A stretch of DNA of 63,627 nt, the filler included, from Chiloscyllium plagiosum (lineage: Eukaryota), in the NCBI RefSeq assembly GCF_004010195.1. It is 3 parts of one record of this genome, joined end to end, with 100 filler letters (N's around TTAATTAATTAA, not from the genome) between each part and the next. Parts side by side here need not be neighbours in the genome. Positions count along the whole stretch, not along the records: positions 1 to 15,792 come from NC_057713.1; positions 15,893 to 36,166 come from NC_057713.1; 1 more part is not named here. One strand, 5' to 3'. The notes beneath the pieces were generated by a model, which worked only from the letters and a program-made list of their open reading frames with translations, searched no databases and was not told where the DNA came from. Of this stretch, positions 13,680-26,830 are shown piece by piece. Made by a program: the position numbers and the translations under genes. Within the stretch, counting starts at the first letter, position 1; every line of letters starts with the position of its first letter.

Positions 13680-14345
13680 AATGACCGCTTGAGTCTCAGG
13701 TAAATAGAATAGTGAGGTAGGCGTTTAGTATGCTTTCCTTTATTAGTCAGAGTATTGAGTACAGTAGTTAGGATGTCATGTTACGGCTGTACAGGACATT
13801 GGTTAGGCCATTTCTGGAATTTTGTGTGGAATTCCTGGTCTCCCTCCTTTCGGAAGGATGTTGTGAAACCTAAAAGGGTTCCACAAGGATTTACAAGGAT
13901 GTTGCCAGGATTGGAGGGTTTGAGCTATAGGGAGAGGCTGAAAGGCTGGGGCTGTTTTCCCTACAGCATCAGGTGCTGAGGGGTGACCTATAAAGTCATG
14001 AGGGGCATGAATAGGGTAAATAGACAAGGTATTTTCCCTTGGGTGTGGGAATCCAGAACTGGAGGGCATAGGTTTAGGGTGAGAGGGGAAAGATTTAAAA
14101 GAGACCTAAGGAGCAACTTTTTCACACAGAGGGTGGTGCATGTATGAAATGCCAAAGGAAGTGGTGGAGGCTGGTACAGTTACAACTTTTAAAAGGAATC
14201 TGGATGGGTACATGAATAGGAAGGTTTTAGAGGGATATGGGCAAAGTGCTGGCAAATGGGACTAGATTTATTTAGGATATCTGGTCGGCATGGATGAGTT
14301 GGACCGAAGGGACTGTTTCTGTGCTGTATAGCCCTATGACTCTAT
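13680..14345 (+). mobile_element. CR1-clade LINE 3' end
   Basis: FTRMLPGLEGLSYRERL motif; 3' UTR ending CTATGACTCTATG, shared with copies at 27405 and 36267. Confidence 0.9.
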
Positions 14346-14974
14346 GTTACAGAATATGATGGTACATTATGAGGGAAGAAACTTCTTAACATTTTTAAGG
14401 CTTAAGTTAGACCATAAGACAGAGGAACAGAAATCAGAGCATTCACCCATCGACTGTGTTCCGCCATTCAATCATAGCTGATAAGTTTCTCAAACTCAAT
14501 CTCTCGCTTTTTCTCCATAACCCTTGATCGCGTTGATACTCATAAGCCTATAAATTTGCTTGGAGAACAAAATATCAATGAAACAGGTATTCTTCCATGA
14601 TATTTTCCTCTGCTGTGGGCATCAAGTGGTCAGTAGGTATTAATGTTTAATGATCCCAGTCCATTGGACCACAAGCAATCCATTCTAAGCTCTATCATCT
14701 GAAACATGATCTAATGTCGGCTGTGTTTCCTATCTTCTTTCAACCACAAACTCACTAATCACTCAGTAGGACTGGTAAACTGTGAGTCTTTTTTTTAACA
14801 ATTTCAGTTGTTTGTGCATATTGCTGGAGATTTACTGATTTTCGTGTATGGGTTATACTTGTTGGCCATCCCTAGTTGATTTTAACAGATTGGCTCTCAA
14901 GGTAATTTCTATGGGCAATTAAAAATCAACCATGTTGTTGTGAGTCTGGAGTCACATATAAGTCAGATCAAGTT

Positions 14975-15792
14975 GTGAAGTGAAGTTGGATTTGGAGCGC
15001 AGAGCTGGTCGGGAAGGTAAGTGATTGATATTTAAGAACTTACCTCGACGCCAACGGTCTTTTCACAGCAGAGAGCGGCGTGAGCTGGGCAGAAGTGAAG
15101 TTGGAGTGCAACCTCAACGCCAACGGTCTTTTCACAGCAGAGAGCGGTGCGAGCTAGGCGGAAGTGAAGTTGGAGCACAGAGCTGGTCGGGAAGGTAAGT
15201 GATTAATGTTTGAATGGGTGTGTTCTGGGGGAGGGTGTGCAGCCAGAAGTCGTGGTGCATGTTGGCACCAACGACATAGGTAGGAAGAGGGGTGGGGAGG
15301 TCATTCAAGAGCTCAGGGAATTAGGCTGGAAGCTAAAAGCTAGGACAGACAGAGTCGTCATCTCTGGGTTGTTGCTGGTACCACGTGACAGTGAGGCAAG
15401 GAATAGGGAGAGAGTGCAGTTGAACACGTGGCTGCAAGGATGGTGTAGGAGGGAGGGCTTCAGGTATTTGGATAATTGGACTGCATTCTGGGGAAGATGG
15501 GACCTGTACAAGCAGGACGGGTTGCACCTGAACTAGAAGGGCACCAATATCCTGGGAGGCAGGTTTGCTAGCACTCTTCGGGGGGATTTAAACTAATTTA
15601 GCAGGGGGATGGGATCCGGACTTGTAGTCCAGCAAGTAGAGTAGCTGTTTCTCAGGATGTCCAAGAATGTAGGGAGGCTGTGGAGAAGGTAGCACTGACA
15701 GGGAATACTTGGGGACACAGAGATGGGTTCAAGTGTGTATACTTCAACGCAAGGAGTATCAGAAATAAGGTGGGTGAACTTAAGGCGTGGAT
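14975..15792 (+). mobile_element. CR1 LINE 5' end: repetitive 5' UTR, ORF1 SGNH-esterase domain, start of ORF2 endonuclease; runs into the spacer
   Basis: ORF 15210-15536 has VVVHVGTND (GxND) and DGLHLN (DxxH), typical of CR1 ORF1 esterase; 15730-15792 reads KCVYFNARSIRNKVGELKAW; direct repeats in 14977-15204. Confidence 0.88.
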
Positions 15793-15892
15793 NNNNNNNN
15801 NNNNNNNNNNNNNNNNNNNNNNNNNNNNNNNNNNNNTTAATTAATTAANNNNNNNNNNNNNNNNNNNNNNNNNNNNNNNNNNNNNNNNNNNN
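15793..15892. other. Artificial contig spacer (44 N + TTAATTAATTAA + 44 N)
   Basis: Exactly 100 nt with a 12-mer giving stops in all six frames; same design as 36167-36266. Confidence 0.95.
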
Positions 15893-17230
15893 GATTCCAA
15901 TGATCCAAAAATATGAATCCTTTTCTCCTGCACCAGCTCCTCATCCATACATTCATCTGCTCTATCCTCCTATTCCTACCCTCACTAGCTCGTAGCACCG
16001 GGAGTAATCCAAATATTACTACCCTTGAGGACCTCCTTTTTAAACTGCTGCCTAACTTTCAATATTCTCCCTTCAGAATCTCATCCTTTGCCCTTCTTAT
16101 GTCGTTGGTTCCAACGTATACAATGACCTCCTGATGGTCCCTCTCCCCTTTGAGAATGTTCTGCACCCTCTGAGACATCCTTGATCCTGGCATCAGTGAG
16201 GCAACACACCATTCTGCTTTTTTGCTGCTGGCCACAGAAACGTCTGTGCCTGACTAGAGAGTTCCCTGACAGAATTGATCACTTGGAACCCGATGTACCC
16301 CTCATTACATTAGAGCCTGTCTTGAGACCAGAAAATTGGCTATTTGTGCTACATTCCCCTGAGAATCCATCACCCCATACATTTTCCAAAAGGCATACTT
16401 GTTTGAAATGGGGATAGCCACAGAAAATTCCTATACTACCTGTCCACCTCACCTTTCCTGGAGTTAACCTATCTGACTATATCTGCAGTTTTTCTCCCTT
16501 CCTATAACTGCCATCCATCACACCCCTTGCTCTTGTAAATTCCTCATTGCCTTTAACTGTTGCTCCAACCGATCCATTCGATCAGATAGGATTCGCAACC
16601 AACGGCATTTCTTGCAGATATAATCCTCAGTAACATGTAAACTCTCCCTCAACTCCCACATCCCGACATAAGAGTATATCACTCTATTAAAAGGGTCATT
16701 TTTGCTTCTTCCAGTCTACAGATTCAGAAAATAGCACCTTCTTCCTCTACAAAATATTGCTCCAGACGAACTTAATACTTATGACTTCAGAGACATATCT
16801 CAATAAAACACAATCAATAAAGAACCCACTGTACTCACTACTGTAGATTTACAGCAAGGCTATACTTAAAACTATTCATTTATCTGTTTCTGTGCTGTGA
16901 CCTCTCCCAAACAGGTTCATCCAAGATCAGTTGTGAAACTCGCTGTTTAAGTTTTCCCAGATGCAGTCTGATGTCTAGCGATGCAAGAATTCAAACAGCA
17001 AAGGCCGTAACTGTGCAGGTTCACTGCTGTGACAGTTAACAGTGTGGGTTTCCTTCTCTCTCTGTCCTGCTGCTTTTCTCTGTCCTCCCTTTAAGAGTAC
17101 TGTTGTATTGACTTTTTTTTCTCTAAAGTTCCAAGACAATGCAAAGCATATAAAACAGTAATTGCTACTTCTGGAATAATGAGGAAATCACCTCCAAAAA
17201 AAAAAAAGCAGCCTGTTACAGCCAGAAATT
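15893..17230 (-). mobile_element. CR1 LINE 5' end (5' UTR + decayed ORF1 esterase), pointing into the spacer
   Basis: Minus strand gives VIVYVGTNDIR, RVVIFGLLPV and an upstream CKKC...DRMDRLEQQL segment, homologous to the ORF1 on the other side of the spacer. Confidence 0.8.
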
Positions 17231-17269
17231 ATTCCGGTCTTCCATCTTGGATTAGCCAGGCATGTAGAA

Positions 17270-18265
17270 TAGTTGCTATGTGTCAGTCATCTCATTCCCA
17301 GGACATTTCTGCTGAAATTCCTCAGGGTTGTATCCTACGCCTATCTTCAGTTGCTTCATCAATGATATTTGCTTTATCATAAAAGGTCAGAAGTGGGATG
17401 TGCTAATGGTGACACAATGTTTAGCACCATTCATTATCACTCAGATAGCAAAGCAGCCCATGTCCAAATTCAACCAGACTTGGACAATATTCAGGCTGAA
17501 AAGGTGATAAGTAACATTCGCACCACACAAGTAACCAATAACCATCTCCAATAAAAGACAAGCGAACTACCACCACTTGACATTCAAAGGTACTGTCATG
17601 AGTCAAACAACCACTACCAACATCCAGAGGGCTATCATTAACCAAAAACTGAACTGGCCTAGCCATACAAATGCAGTGCCTAGAACAGCAGGTCAGAGGC
17701 TATGAGTCCTGCAGCAAAACTCACCTCCAAGCTTCTCAAAGCCTGTCCATGATCTACAATGCACAAGTCAGGAGCATGACGGAATACTGCCCACTTTGTT
17801 TGGATTCGTGCAGTTCCAACTACATTCAAGGGGCTAGCCATCATCCAGGATAAAGCAGCCCACGAGGTTGCTCCCACATCCAGAAAAATCCACTCCCTAT
17901 ACCAATGAAGCTCAGTAGAAGCAGTATGTACCTTCTACAAGATACACTGCAGAGACTAAAAGTTCCTTATACAGCACATTCCAAACCCTATCCACTACTA
18001 TCTAGAAGAACAAGCAGCAAATACATGGGAATTCTGCCAGCTGCAAGTTCCCTCGAAGACACTCACCATCCTTACTTGGAAATATATCAATGCTCCTTTA
18101 GTGTCATTAGGTAAAATCCTGCAATTCCCTCCCTAACAACAGTGTAGGTCTAGCTATAAACACAAACTTAAATGGTTCACGAGGTCACCACCAGCTTCTC
18201 AAGGGCAACTATGCACAGGCAACAAGTGTAAGTCTAGCCAGCAATATCAACGTCCTACAAACTTT
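17270..18265 (+). mobile_element. Old CR1/L2-group LINE (family B) RT 3' half and tail
   Basis: Decayed PQG..L motif; tail CACCAGCTTCTCAAGGGCAACT shared with 33110 and 56455. Confidence 0.75.
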
Positions 18266-18414
18266 TTAAAAAATCTAGTCAGGGATGGTATGCCTCTAGT
18301 CAGTGAGCCACTAACAACAACAACAACAATACCTCAAGAATACTTCATAGGTTCTGGTTGTTATGGAAAGCCCTTTAGTATATTCCCATGACACACTCTA
18401 CCTTCAAAATAAGT

Positions 18415-18582
18415 TTAAAAATCACACAACACCACATTATAGCCCAACAGGTTAATTTGAAAGCACTAGTTTTCAGAGCTTCCCTGATGTCACTAGCTAC
18501 CTAACGAATGAGCAGTGCTCCGAAAGCTAGTACTTCCAAATAAACCTGTTGGACTATAACCTGGTGTTCCTTGATTTTTAAA
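18415..18582. mobile_element. Second Penelope-derived palindromic short element
   Basis: Inverted arms AAAATCACACAACACC...CCAACAGGTT / AACCTGTTGGACTATAACCTGGTGTT; central GAGCAGTGCTCCGAAAGCTA resembles hammerhead stem II + GAAA; the same left arm occurs at ~3472-3530. Confidence 0.65.
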
Positions 18583-18904
18583 CTCTGTCCACTCATCCAA
18601 AACCAGGACCTCATATCATGGCCATTCAATATAAATGTGGAGCATAGGAATCATTAGTTAAGGCCGAGAGTTCAATGGACTTTATGCGCTTTAGCATCAG
18701 ATGAAAAAGGCTACATTAGCAACGCAAGGTTGGACACGGTGCCCGATAATTTTCAAAGACTGAGCAGAGTTTAACGCGAGCTTACAGTTCAATCAACAAA
18801 GAACACAACATATTAAGCTTGTGAAATTAAGGCAATGTAGCATGTAGCTGACAAAAGCAAAAATTTGCCTTGTTATACTGAACATTTTTTTAAAAATACA
18901 TTAA

Positions 18905-19620
18905 TGATAGTTGGGCAATAATTGGCAGAATCGGTATTTACTCTGGTTTTCTAATTATCTAAGAAGGCGGAGGTCTACTGCCTTATTGAACTGATGCAGC
19001 CAGTGTGATTTAAGTATACCAACAGCATTAATTGTTAGCTAGCAAGCTCAAAGATTATAACTCAACGTCAGTGAAGGAACAGCAATATTGTTCCAAGTGA
19101 GTATGGTACGGCTGGGAGGGAAAATGCAGTGGAGATGTTCTCTTTCATTTGCATCGAGGTTGTCAAGGTTTAAAGCTGGAATGTCCTGATGAAAAGGGTC
19201 CAGCTGAGTTGCTGGCTTGTATCTTTAGATGGTACATACTGTTAGCACCGTGTGCTGGCGAAGACAAGTGCGAGTACCCATGATGGATAAGGTGCAATCA
19301 AGTGAGCTGCTTTGCCCAAGGTATCAAGGTTTTGTTGTAATTTTGGAGATGCACTCACCCAGACAAGTGAACAGCATTCTATCACTGTCTTGACTTCGCA
19401 AATATTCGCAAAAACAATTTTGGAGACAGGTGGTGAGATACTACCTGCAATATCCAGTTTCTGACCTGTTCAAGGTCACTATATTTGTGTGGTGGGTCTC
19501 GTTAAGCATCAACTTAATAGTGATCCCTCGGATGCCAATGCTTCCAGTATTAGGTAATGGTAATGTCAATGTCAAAACAAAGGTAGTTAAACTTCCTTGT
19601 ATGATGGCAACTGATGACCA
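18905..19620 (-). mobile_element. Family B LINE 3' fragment, heavily decayed
   Basis: Reverse-complement similarity to 17550-18250 and 55830-56520. Confidence 0.6.
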
Positions 19621-19814
19621 TCTTAAGGGCAACTGCCACCCGAATGCTATTCACAACAATCCACATGTCAGCACAGTCCACTAAATTATCTATAATCAAG
19701 CTACGTACTTACTTCTGACCTTATATTGGACAAAATATTATAGCTGATGATTGTCATGCTGGGTTATTATCCTAAAGAACTCCTGCAGTGATGTTTTGTG
19801 ACTGAGATGATTGC

Positions 19815-20012
19815 CACCGGAGATTGAGGTTCTGGAAAAACACAGGAGGTCAGGCACCATCAAGCAGCAGGAGAATCAATGTTTTGGGATGAAGGGCTCA
19901 TGCCCAAAAAGTCAATTCTCCTCCTCCTTGGATGCTGCCTGACCTGCTGTGCTTTTCTAGAACCCCACTCTCAACTCTGATCTCCAGCATCTGCAGCCCT
20001 CATTTTCTCCTC
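19815..20012. mobile_element. Penelope-derived fold-back short element
   Basis: Inverted arms around GATGAAGGGCTCATGCCC; right arm matches 60150-60267. Confidence 0.75.
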
Positions 20013-22196
20013 CCAGAGATGAATGCCTCCAAACAACCATAACCATCTTCCTTTGTGCCATGGCTTCAGTCACAGCAGTTTCCATCTTGGTTCTCATTTA
20101 CCTAAATTTTACTTGGGTTCATTAATGTTACTCAGTTAAATGTTGTCATGATATCAAGTTCAGTGACTTTCACTGCACCTCCAGAATTTATTGCTGGACA
20201 ATTTTTTAAAAAAAATCCACAAATGAATGCTATGGCAGAACCCAAACACGTTAAATGATAAGTAAGTGACATTCCTTAGCACTGCTGCTGATGCCTTCAA
20301 TTACTTAAGTGCTCACTGAGATTATGCTGTTCTTAAAAACATTGCATTTAAATTTTCTGCAAAGATCAATCTAGGATCTAAAATGGATTATTGATGTTTA
20401 GCATGAGATCAAATGTGGGGATTTTACTTGGAATTCAAATGTTTTTATTTCATTTAATTTTTGCTTGCATTATGGTGAAGAATGCCAGAACTAGAGCTTA
20501 TAGTAGCAATTCACTTTTGATATTCGATTAGAATGTTAAATTAGAATGTTTCTTCCACTTCAACAATGAGATATTTTACCCCCATTTCAGAACGAATGCT
20601 CCATTACATTGAGGTCTAAGTACAATACTTCAGAAATAATTTGCAAATAAGTTACATTTATTTTAATTAAATGATTTCACACAAGTAATCATTGTCTTGA
20701 TAGCCACACAGTGAAATCATAAAGGAATTAGTCACTTAAAATGAACATAAGAGCTAGATAAAGTTCTAGAATATCACTGACACTTCTTGTCTCAGTTCAG
20801 AGCACAGCAAAAGATTTGCCAACAAGTCCCATTTATTTCGAACAGATTAGCAAGAGATATTTTTCAGGATCTAATCCCAACTAGAGGAACCAGAGAAGAA
20901 GAGGTTGCAAATTTTGATAGTCTTCATTCACCAACAAGCTGAAGTCAAGCCAGTCCCCCAGTTGCATGATCAGAGGTCATAAAAAAAAGCAGCATGCTCC
21001 TTAATAAAAAAGGGGAAATCCAGTTGAGACAAAGATTGCTCATAAGGTCGGAGACAATCAGAAAAAGACTGGCCAAGAATTCAAATTTTATAGCGGCATG
21101 GTGTGGTGTATTAGATTTCTGCATAGAGAGGAATTGAAACCAGTTAGGCAAGATTCAGGTGTAAGTGTTACCCTGTCTATTCAAATGTCTATAAAAGAAA
21201 ACATCAATTTAATATGGTTTTGCTATTAATGGATTCCACTGAAAAATACAGAAAAAGCATAAGGGTATTATTAAGAGACCAATGCAATTTTTAACATCAA
21301 TTTTCATTATAGGTTCTCAAGTTACAATTGCATTTTTGAATTATAATGGTCCCATGCCTACGAGGAATCAGGTTAAGAAACCTGCAATTACTAAATGTTC
21401 AAACAATTTACAATTTTGATCAATTTTATCCAGCTTCAACATTCCTCAAAGGAAGTCATTTGGCTGATGCAAACAAATTATCTCAGCAACCCAGGTCCAA
21501 TGGCATATCCTCAGGATTTCAACTAAACATGCAGAAAACATATGAGAAATTGCTTTTCCCTCAGAAAACGAAAATGATCAATGACAATAAGTTTTAGAAA
21601 GGCACAAAACAGTGAGGGGCCAAATGAGCCTTATTGCTTTTCTAAAACAAAAAAAAAATCAGAGGGATACAATTTACTAAGATACGTGCACTAGATTCTC
21701 TCATGAATAATAAACAGAAAGGAAGTCCAGCAACATCTGGACCAACACATTCAAGCCGATTGCAAAAACAACCTTGCAATTAAAGATAAATGTTGATGCA
21801 TACACAGTCTGATACAATGATCATTTTAATATTATTCTAACACAAAACATATTTTACTAAAACAACAAGGCAAGATAATTTCTTCCTAAAATAAACAAAA
21901 GATAAAAAGTCCCAATGATGAGGATTAAACATTATACAAACTGACAGAGACAGTTAAAATTGATCATAGAATATTTCTTGAATGTAAAAGGATAGTTAGA
22001 TGGTTCTGGCTGAAAAGAAGTCTTTAAAAAAAAAAGGACTGACACCCCCAGAATGCTGATTTTACCAATGGTATGTGGAGGATAATATGGGAAAGAAAAC
22101 AACCAGATTTAGATTAAAAAACAGTTGTGTATCTTTCTAAACTGTATTTGGAACGGTCAAGCCATGCTATTTCATGTCATAGGTAATAGTTTACCT

Positions 22197-22425
22197 CCAA
22201 ACAAAAACAAATCACTGGTGAAATGCAGTAGATCTGGCAGTATCTGAGAGGAGAAAGCAGAGTTAACATTTCAAGTTGGTGACTCTTCACCAGAACTGCT
22301 GTTCTGAAGGAGAAACAGCTGATTCAGGATACTAACTCTGCTTTCACCTCAGAGGCCGCCGGTTTTGCAGAGTTTCACCAGCAATTTGTTTTTGTTTCAG
22401 ATCTCCAGCAACCGCAGTTCTTTTA
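22197..22425. mobile_element. Older palindromic Penelope-type short element
   Basis: Inverted arms AAACAAAT..CTGGTGAAA / TTTCACCAGCAATTTGTTT and GAAAGCAGAGTTA / TAACTCTGCTTTC; related fragment at ~8430-8525. Confidence 0.55.
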
Positions 22426-23329
22426 TATTAGTTTACCTACCTTTGGCAGCGTTTCCTTTATTCTGTAAATATATTTCACTAACATATAAATTATCAGTCA
22501 CAGAACATAGATTTTTTCTCTTTCAGTAGAGTACAAATCATCAAGTTCCCTAAAATGATTGCACTCAAACTAGTTCACAAATTCATGCAGCACAAATTCA
22601 GTGTGGTCAGTGACTGAAGCACCAGAGTAAGCTCACATGAAGGGAAAACAATATAAAACACATTTTATTTACATTTTCCTCAGTTTTGATAATGTTACCT
22701 CTACAAAATAAATCAATTCTTAATCTGTTTTTGGGAAGATAACTTGGGTGTTTTCTTTCCTAAATCTTAAAACTCTTACGTACTTCCCACATTTAGGTGC
22801 ATGTCTAAATGAGTTCTGCATATTTGAACATTAAGTTACAGTTCTAGTGTAATGGATCAGAAATTAGAGGTAAACTTTGCATGTGGGGTTTACACAGCAC
22901 CAATATGGGTAAAACTGGTCCTAGAGTAATTAATTGTAGATCATTAAATTAATGGATTACAAATACAAGGAATACAATGAAACTGTTTAGTAAAAATGGA
23001 TGCAAATTTGAAACAATCTGAAATCATCCCTAAGCTAGAGAAGTAGTGAAGATTTCACTCAGAAAACATCTTAGACAGTACTGCTGATACAGACTAAACC
23101 CATAAACAAAACTGGTAGATGTAGCGCTGGGTTTTGAGCTGATGAGCCAATCATCTCGGGAAAATTCAGATAGCTGTCAACACAAGCCTGAATGAATCGG
23201 AGGCAATTTTAGGATTAATGTTTCAATAGGATGTAACTTATTTCTTCACCTGTAAAATACTGAAAAGTATGAATTATAATAGTGAACAGAACCACACCAC
23301 AGATTAACTCCAGTCCTTCTGCAAAGGAG

Positions 23330-23870
23330 TTTTTCCTTGTTGGATGTCTGTAAATAGCAGTGTTCTGCAGGGATTCATTCTAGAACCTCTGCTGTTTGTG
23401 ATATACAATAAATGACTGGGATGAAAATGTAAGTTTGCAGATGATGCGAAGATCGGTGGAGTTGTGGATAGTGAAAAAGGTTGTCAAAGGATACAGCAGA
23501 ATAAAGATCAGTTGCAGATATGGGCGAAGAAATGGCAGATGGAGTTTAACTCATCTAAGTAGGAGTGCTGCACTTTGGGAGGTCAAATGCTAAGGAAAAG
23601 TATACAGTTAACAGCTGGATTCTGAACAGCATTGATGTACAGAGGGATCTTGAGGTTCAAGTCCACAACTCCCGTAAAGTGGCCAAGAAAGTAGATAGAG
23701 TGATAAAGGTGACGTATGGCGTGCTTACCTTTAAATCGATCAGGGAATTGAGTACAAGAGTCAGGATGTCATGTTGCAGCTTTATAAGATTTTGGTTAGG
23801 CCACAAAGTGTTGCATTCAATTCTGGTTGCCACATTACAGGAAGGATGTGGAGGCTTTGGAGAGGGTGCT
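23330..23870 (+). mobile_element. CR1 RT fragment
   Basis: KFADDAK, KWQMEFN, LHFGRSN, QRDLEVQV motifs. Confidence 0.85.
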
Positions 23871-25589
23871 GATTCCGCTAAATTCCACAATGTCTCACAG
23901 ACAGCCATTCAAAGTTTGTAGATCTGTTTGAAGTCTGTCCCAATTTAGCACAATAATATAGAGCCACAACACAATGGAGGATATCCTCAAGGAGGACTTC
24001 ATCTGCCCAATGATTATTCAGCAGTGTCATAAGCAGACAACTGTCAGAATGACTGGTTGAGATCATAGATGCTCGCTCCCTCACATGCCCCAGACCCAGT
24101 CTAGCAGCTATGTCTCTGAGGGAAATTCATGAATGCCTATGCACAATATCTGGACTAACGAACATGTCAAAACAAAATACTTATGCATAACAGCACCAGT
24201 CAAGTTTAGCTATCTTTCCTTAAAGTCAGTATATTTAATGTGCTTAAATTTTATTAAATAATGTTTCAATATTGTCGTCTGAAAAGGACATTAAATTATT
24301 GTACAGTGAGCTTTTCCACATTAACGAGTCAATTTATACAGGTAACTGATTACTAAGTAATCTGAGACTTAAATTGCTCCAAAGGTTCATCAATCTTTTT
24401 TAGTTCCAGGTGCGATGTTTCTAACAAGAGTGCACTACTTCCTTGGTACTTGACTGGAAACAAGTATGAAAACGACCTCCAGTCATGTTTTAATGGTTGA
24501 ACACACAAACATGTTTCCAAGTGGAAGACTTAGGAATTCAGCTGAACAAAAATATCACTGAATCTATCTGCATGACATAAAGCATGATATTTACATATAT
24601 TTTAATATCACTTGCTTTGATTTTTTTTTATCTTTTCCATGTGGCATGTGTGTTTTTCTCCGTGGCTGACTTTAAAAAAAGTCAGTCAGAGATAATTTGG
24701 AAACTAACGAGAATTTTATTTACATGGAGAGATTTTTGAGGATACAGTGAACAGTAATGCATTTAATTTTTAGTATAGAAAGCCAGGGATTGATTTTTCT
24801 TTCTGATTAAGAAACACCTATAACTTGGCAAAAATAAATGTCTTAAGCTTCAGTTTGGGCAGATTGCAGAAGAGAGCTGCAGCTTGACCTGTAACATAGT
24901 GGCTTAAGAAAAAAAGGACTAAAAATTGAACTGTTGAAAATGAGAATCAGTGCAAAGAGATTAGTTTGAGAGTTCCAGATCAGAAGTGTTTGGGTATTTA
25001 AAGCTGTGAAAGTCCAACCTCAGTTGTATGAAGATAGCATTGAAACCACAGTTACACCCTATAAATGAGAAAGAGAAACAAGCTTTGTTTGGTGCAAGTA
25101 CTATAAATGAGAGTTTGGAGAAGAGAGAGATTGCACTTTTACAGAGTGTTTTGAAATTATTAAACTTGTGTTATGTTTATTCTATTTTAGTTTATTCTAT
25201 TTTATCTTAACTTCTTTTGCATGATAAAGTTCTATTTTATTGTTAAACCGAGATCATAGGATTACATGTTTATGCTTCAGTGAAAGACTACCTCATAAAA
25301 ACAAAGACTAAATAGGATCTATTAAGCCATATTTCATCCTGCGATCTGATTTATCCAGTAATACATCAGCTGGGATCAAATGCTCTGAGAAACAGGTGTT
25401 AAGTTTCTGACACAATCGATCAAATACTTTTTTTGTTTCTTTCCATCCTCAGATGAAATATCACAGTTAAACCAGAACCAGAAAGTGTATTTTTTAAACT
25501 GTCTGCACAAGTGATGGAATAAATATTAATAAAGTCAATTTATATCCTTGGAAAAGCATAACCTACAAGCCTCAATGACACACAATTAC

Positions 25590-25693
25590 CTGAGAAAAGG
25601 CTGAACTTCCGAAGGACAGCAGGACTGCAGAAATTGTAAGTCAGTTAATGATACATCAGGAAGCTCAAAGTCAAACTTTCGAGGCTTGTGTGT
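25590..25693 (-). CDS. RB1CC1: RB1CC1/FIP200 coding exon, 104 nt (THKPRKFDFELPDVSLTDLQFLQSCCPSEVQPFLR)
   Basis: AG/GT flanks (tatag|ACA ... CAG|gtaat); peptide matches human TQKPRKFDCELPDISLKDLQFLQSFCPSEVQPFLR as recalled; phase continuous with the preceding exon. Confidence 0.96.
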
Positions 25694-26765
25694 CTATAAC
25701 AATAAAAGTTAACAATTCAATGATATTGTTGCAAAATATATTTCATAAATAATGAACATCAATTATTCTCAATTATGCAATTCTCAAGATGGTGTAATGA
25801 GACGCATTCTCCATCTCATTCAAGTCATGTGTTAAGTAACACTTCGAAAATAACATTTTAGAATGTGGTTATGCCCCCTGCAATTTCAACTTTAGTGGCA
25901 AACGATAATGAAAACTAATTGTAGCACAAATGGTAAATGTGAGGAGTGAACAGTCTCACATTTTATCTTTGCAATGGTGCCTTACATTTTCCTACACTAA
26001 ATAACCAGCTATCCTGCATTACCAGTATTACTGGTAATGAGAATCTGATAACCACAGTCTACATTAATATAGATACAGAAGTTTTCAGTTTTGCTTTGCT
26101 AGAGAACAGTGTAGAAAAGGAAGTGTGCATCTCTCATTTATTCACAACATCTCTCAAAAATTTCTGGAATTAAAATGCCATCACCCTGTTAAGAATCAAG
26201 TATTAGCAACAGTATATCAAATTAGGGCTGTTCAAACATATTTTAATATCAATAGCTTAGGAAGGAATTACGGATTGATTGAGGTCACGTTCTGACAGTC
26301 AGCATTGCAAGGCGTACTAGCACTGAGAATTTAAACTACTATGTTCAACAAAAAAAAGTGAACAGTTAAATTTGTCATGGGATCTTTATTATATGGTTAA
26401 GTGCAGCTTTTGCAATCACTACCAAAATAAAATTTTGAATTCTAGACTCTACATAAGGAATGTTCATGACTGGGCAAAGAGCTCATCCATTATGGTTAAC
26501 AGAACAGGTAATCTTTCTGCTGATCAATAGTTCACACCTCGGGAGAAGATCACATTGAGTGACTGGTCCCCACACTGTGGGTTAATGACCCACATTTTAG
26601 CCTGAGAACAAAGTTCTGAAGTCCACAGGGAAATTTCTGATCTATGATTCAAACATTTTCTTCAAAAAAAATACACAAAAAATCTTGGTGCAGAAGCTCA
26701 ACAATTTATAACATTCTAGCAAATTTAATGCACTGATTCTTCAGACAAGAATTATGCATACATAC

Positions 26766-26830
26766 ACAGAAGGATGATGGTGGCCAAGAGTCGAGCCCCT
26801 TAAACAAGCGATTTCTAAGAAATGATCTTC
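26766..26830 (-). CDS. RB1CC1: RB1CC1 coding exon, 65 nt (RRSFLRNRLFKGLDSWPPSSFC)
   Basis: cacag|GA ... TGT|gtatg; matches human RKSFLRNRLFRGLDSWPPSFC with one extra Ser. Confidence 0.96.

Noticed and set aside
14977..15204. Spaced direct repeats as a CRISPR-like array
   Set aside because: Vertebrate DNA; the repeats are duplicated modules of a CR1 5' UTR with no unique spacers or cas genes.
26270..26330. C/D-box snoRNA-like pattern (TGATTGA...CTGA...CTGA)
   Set aside because: Antisense to the host gene, imperfect C box, no terminal stem or recognisable guide.
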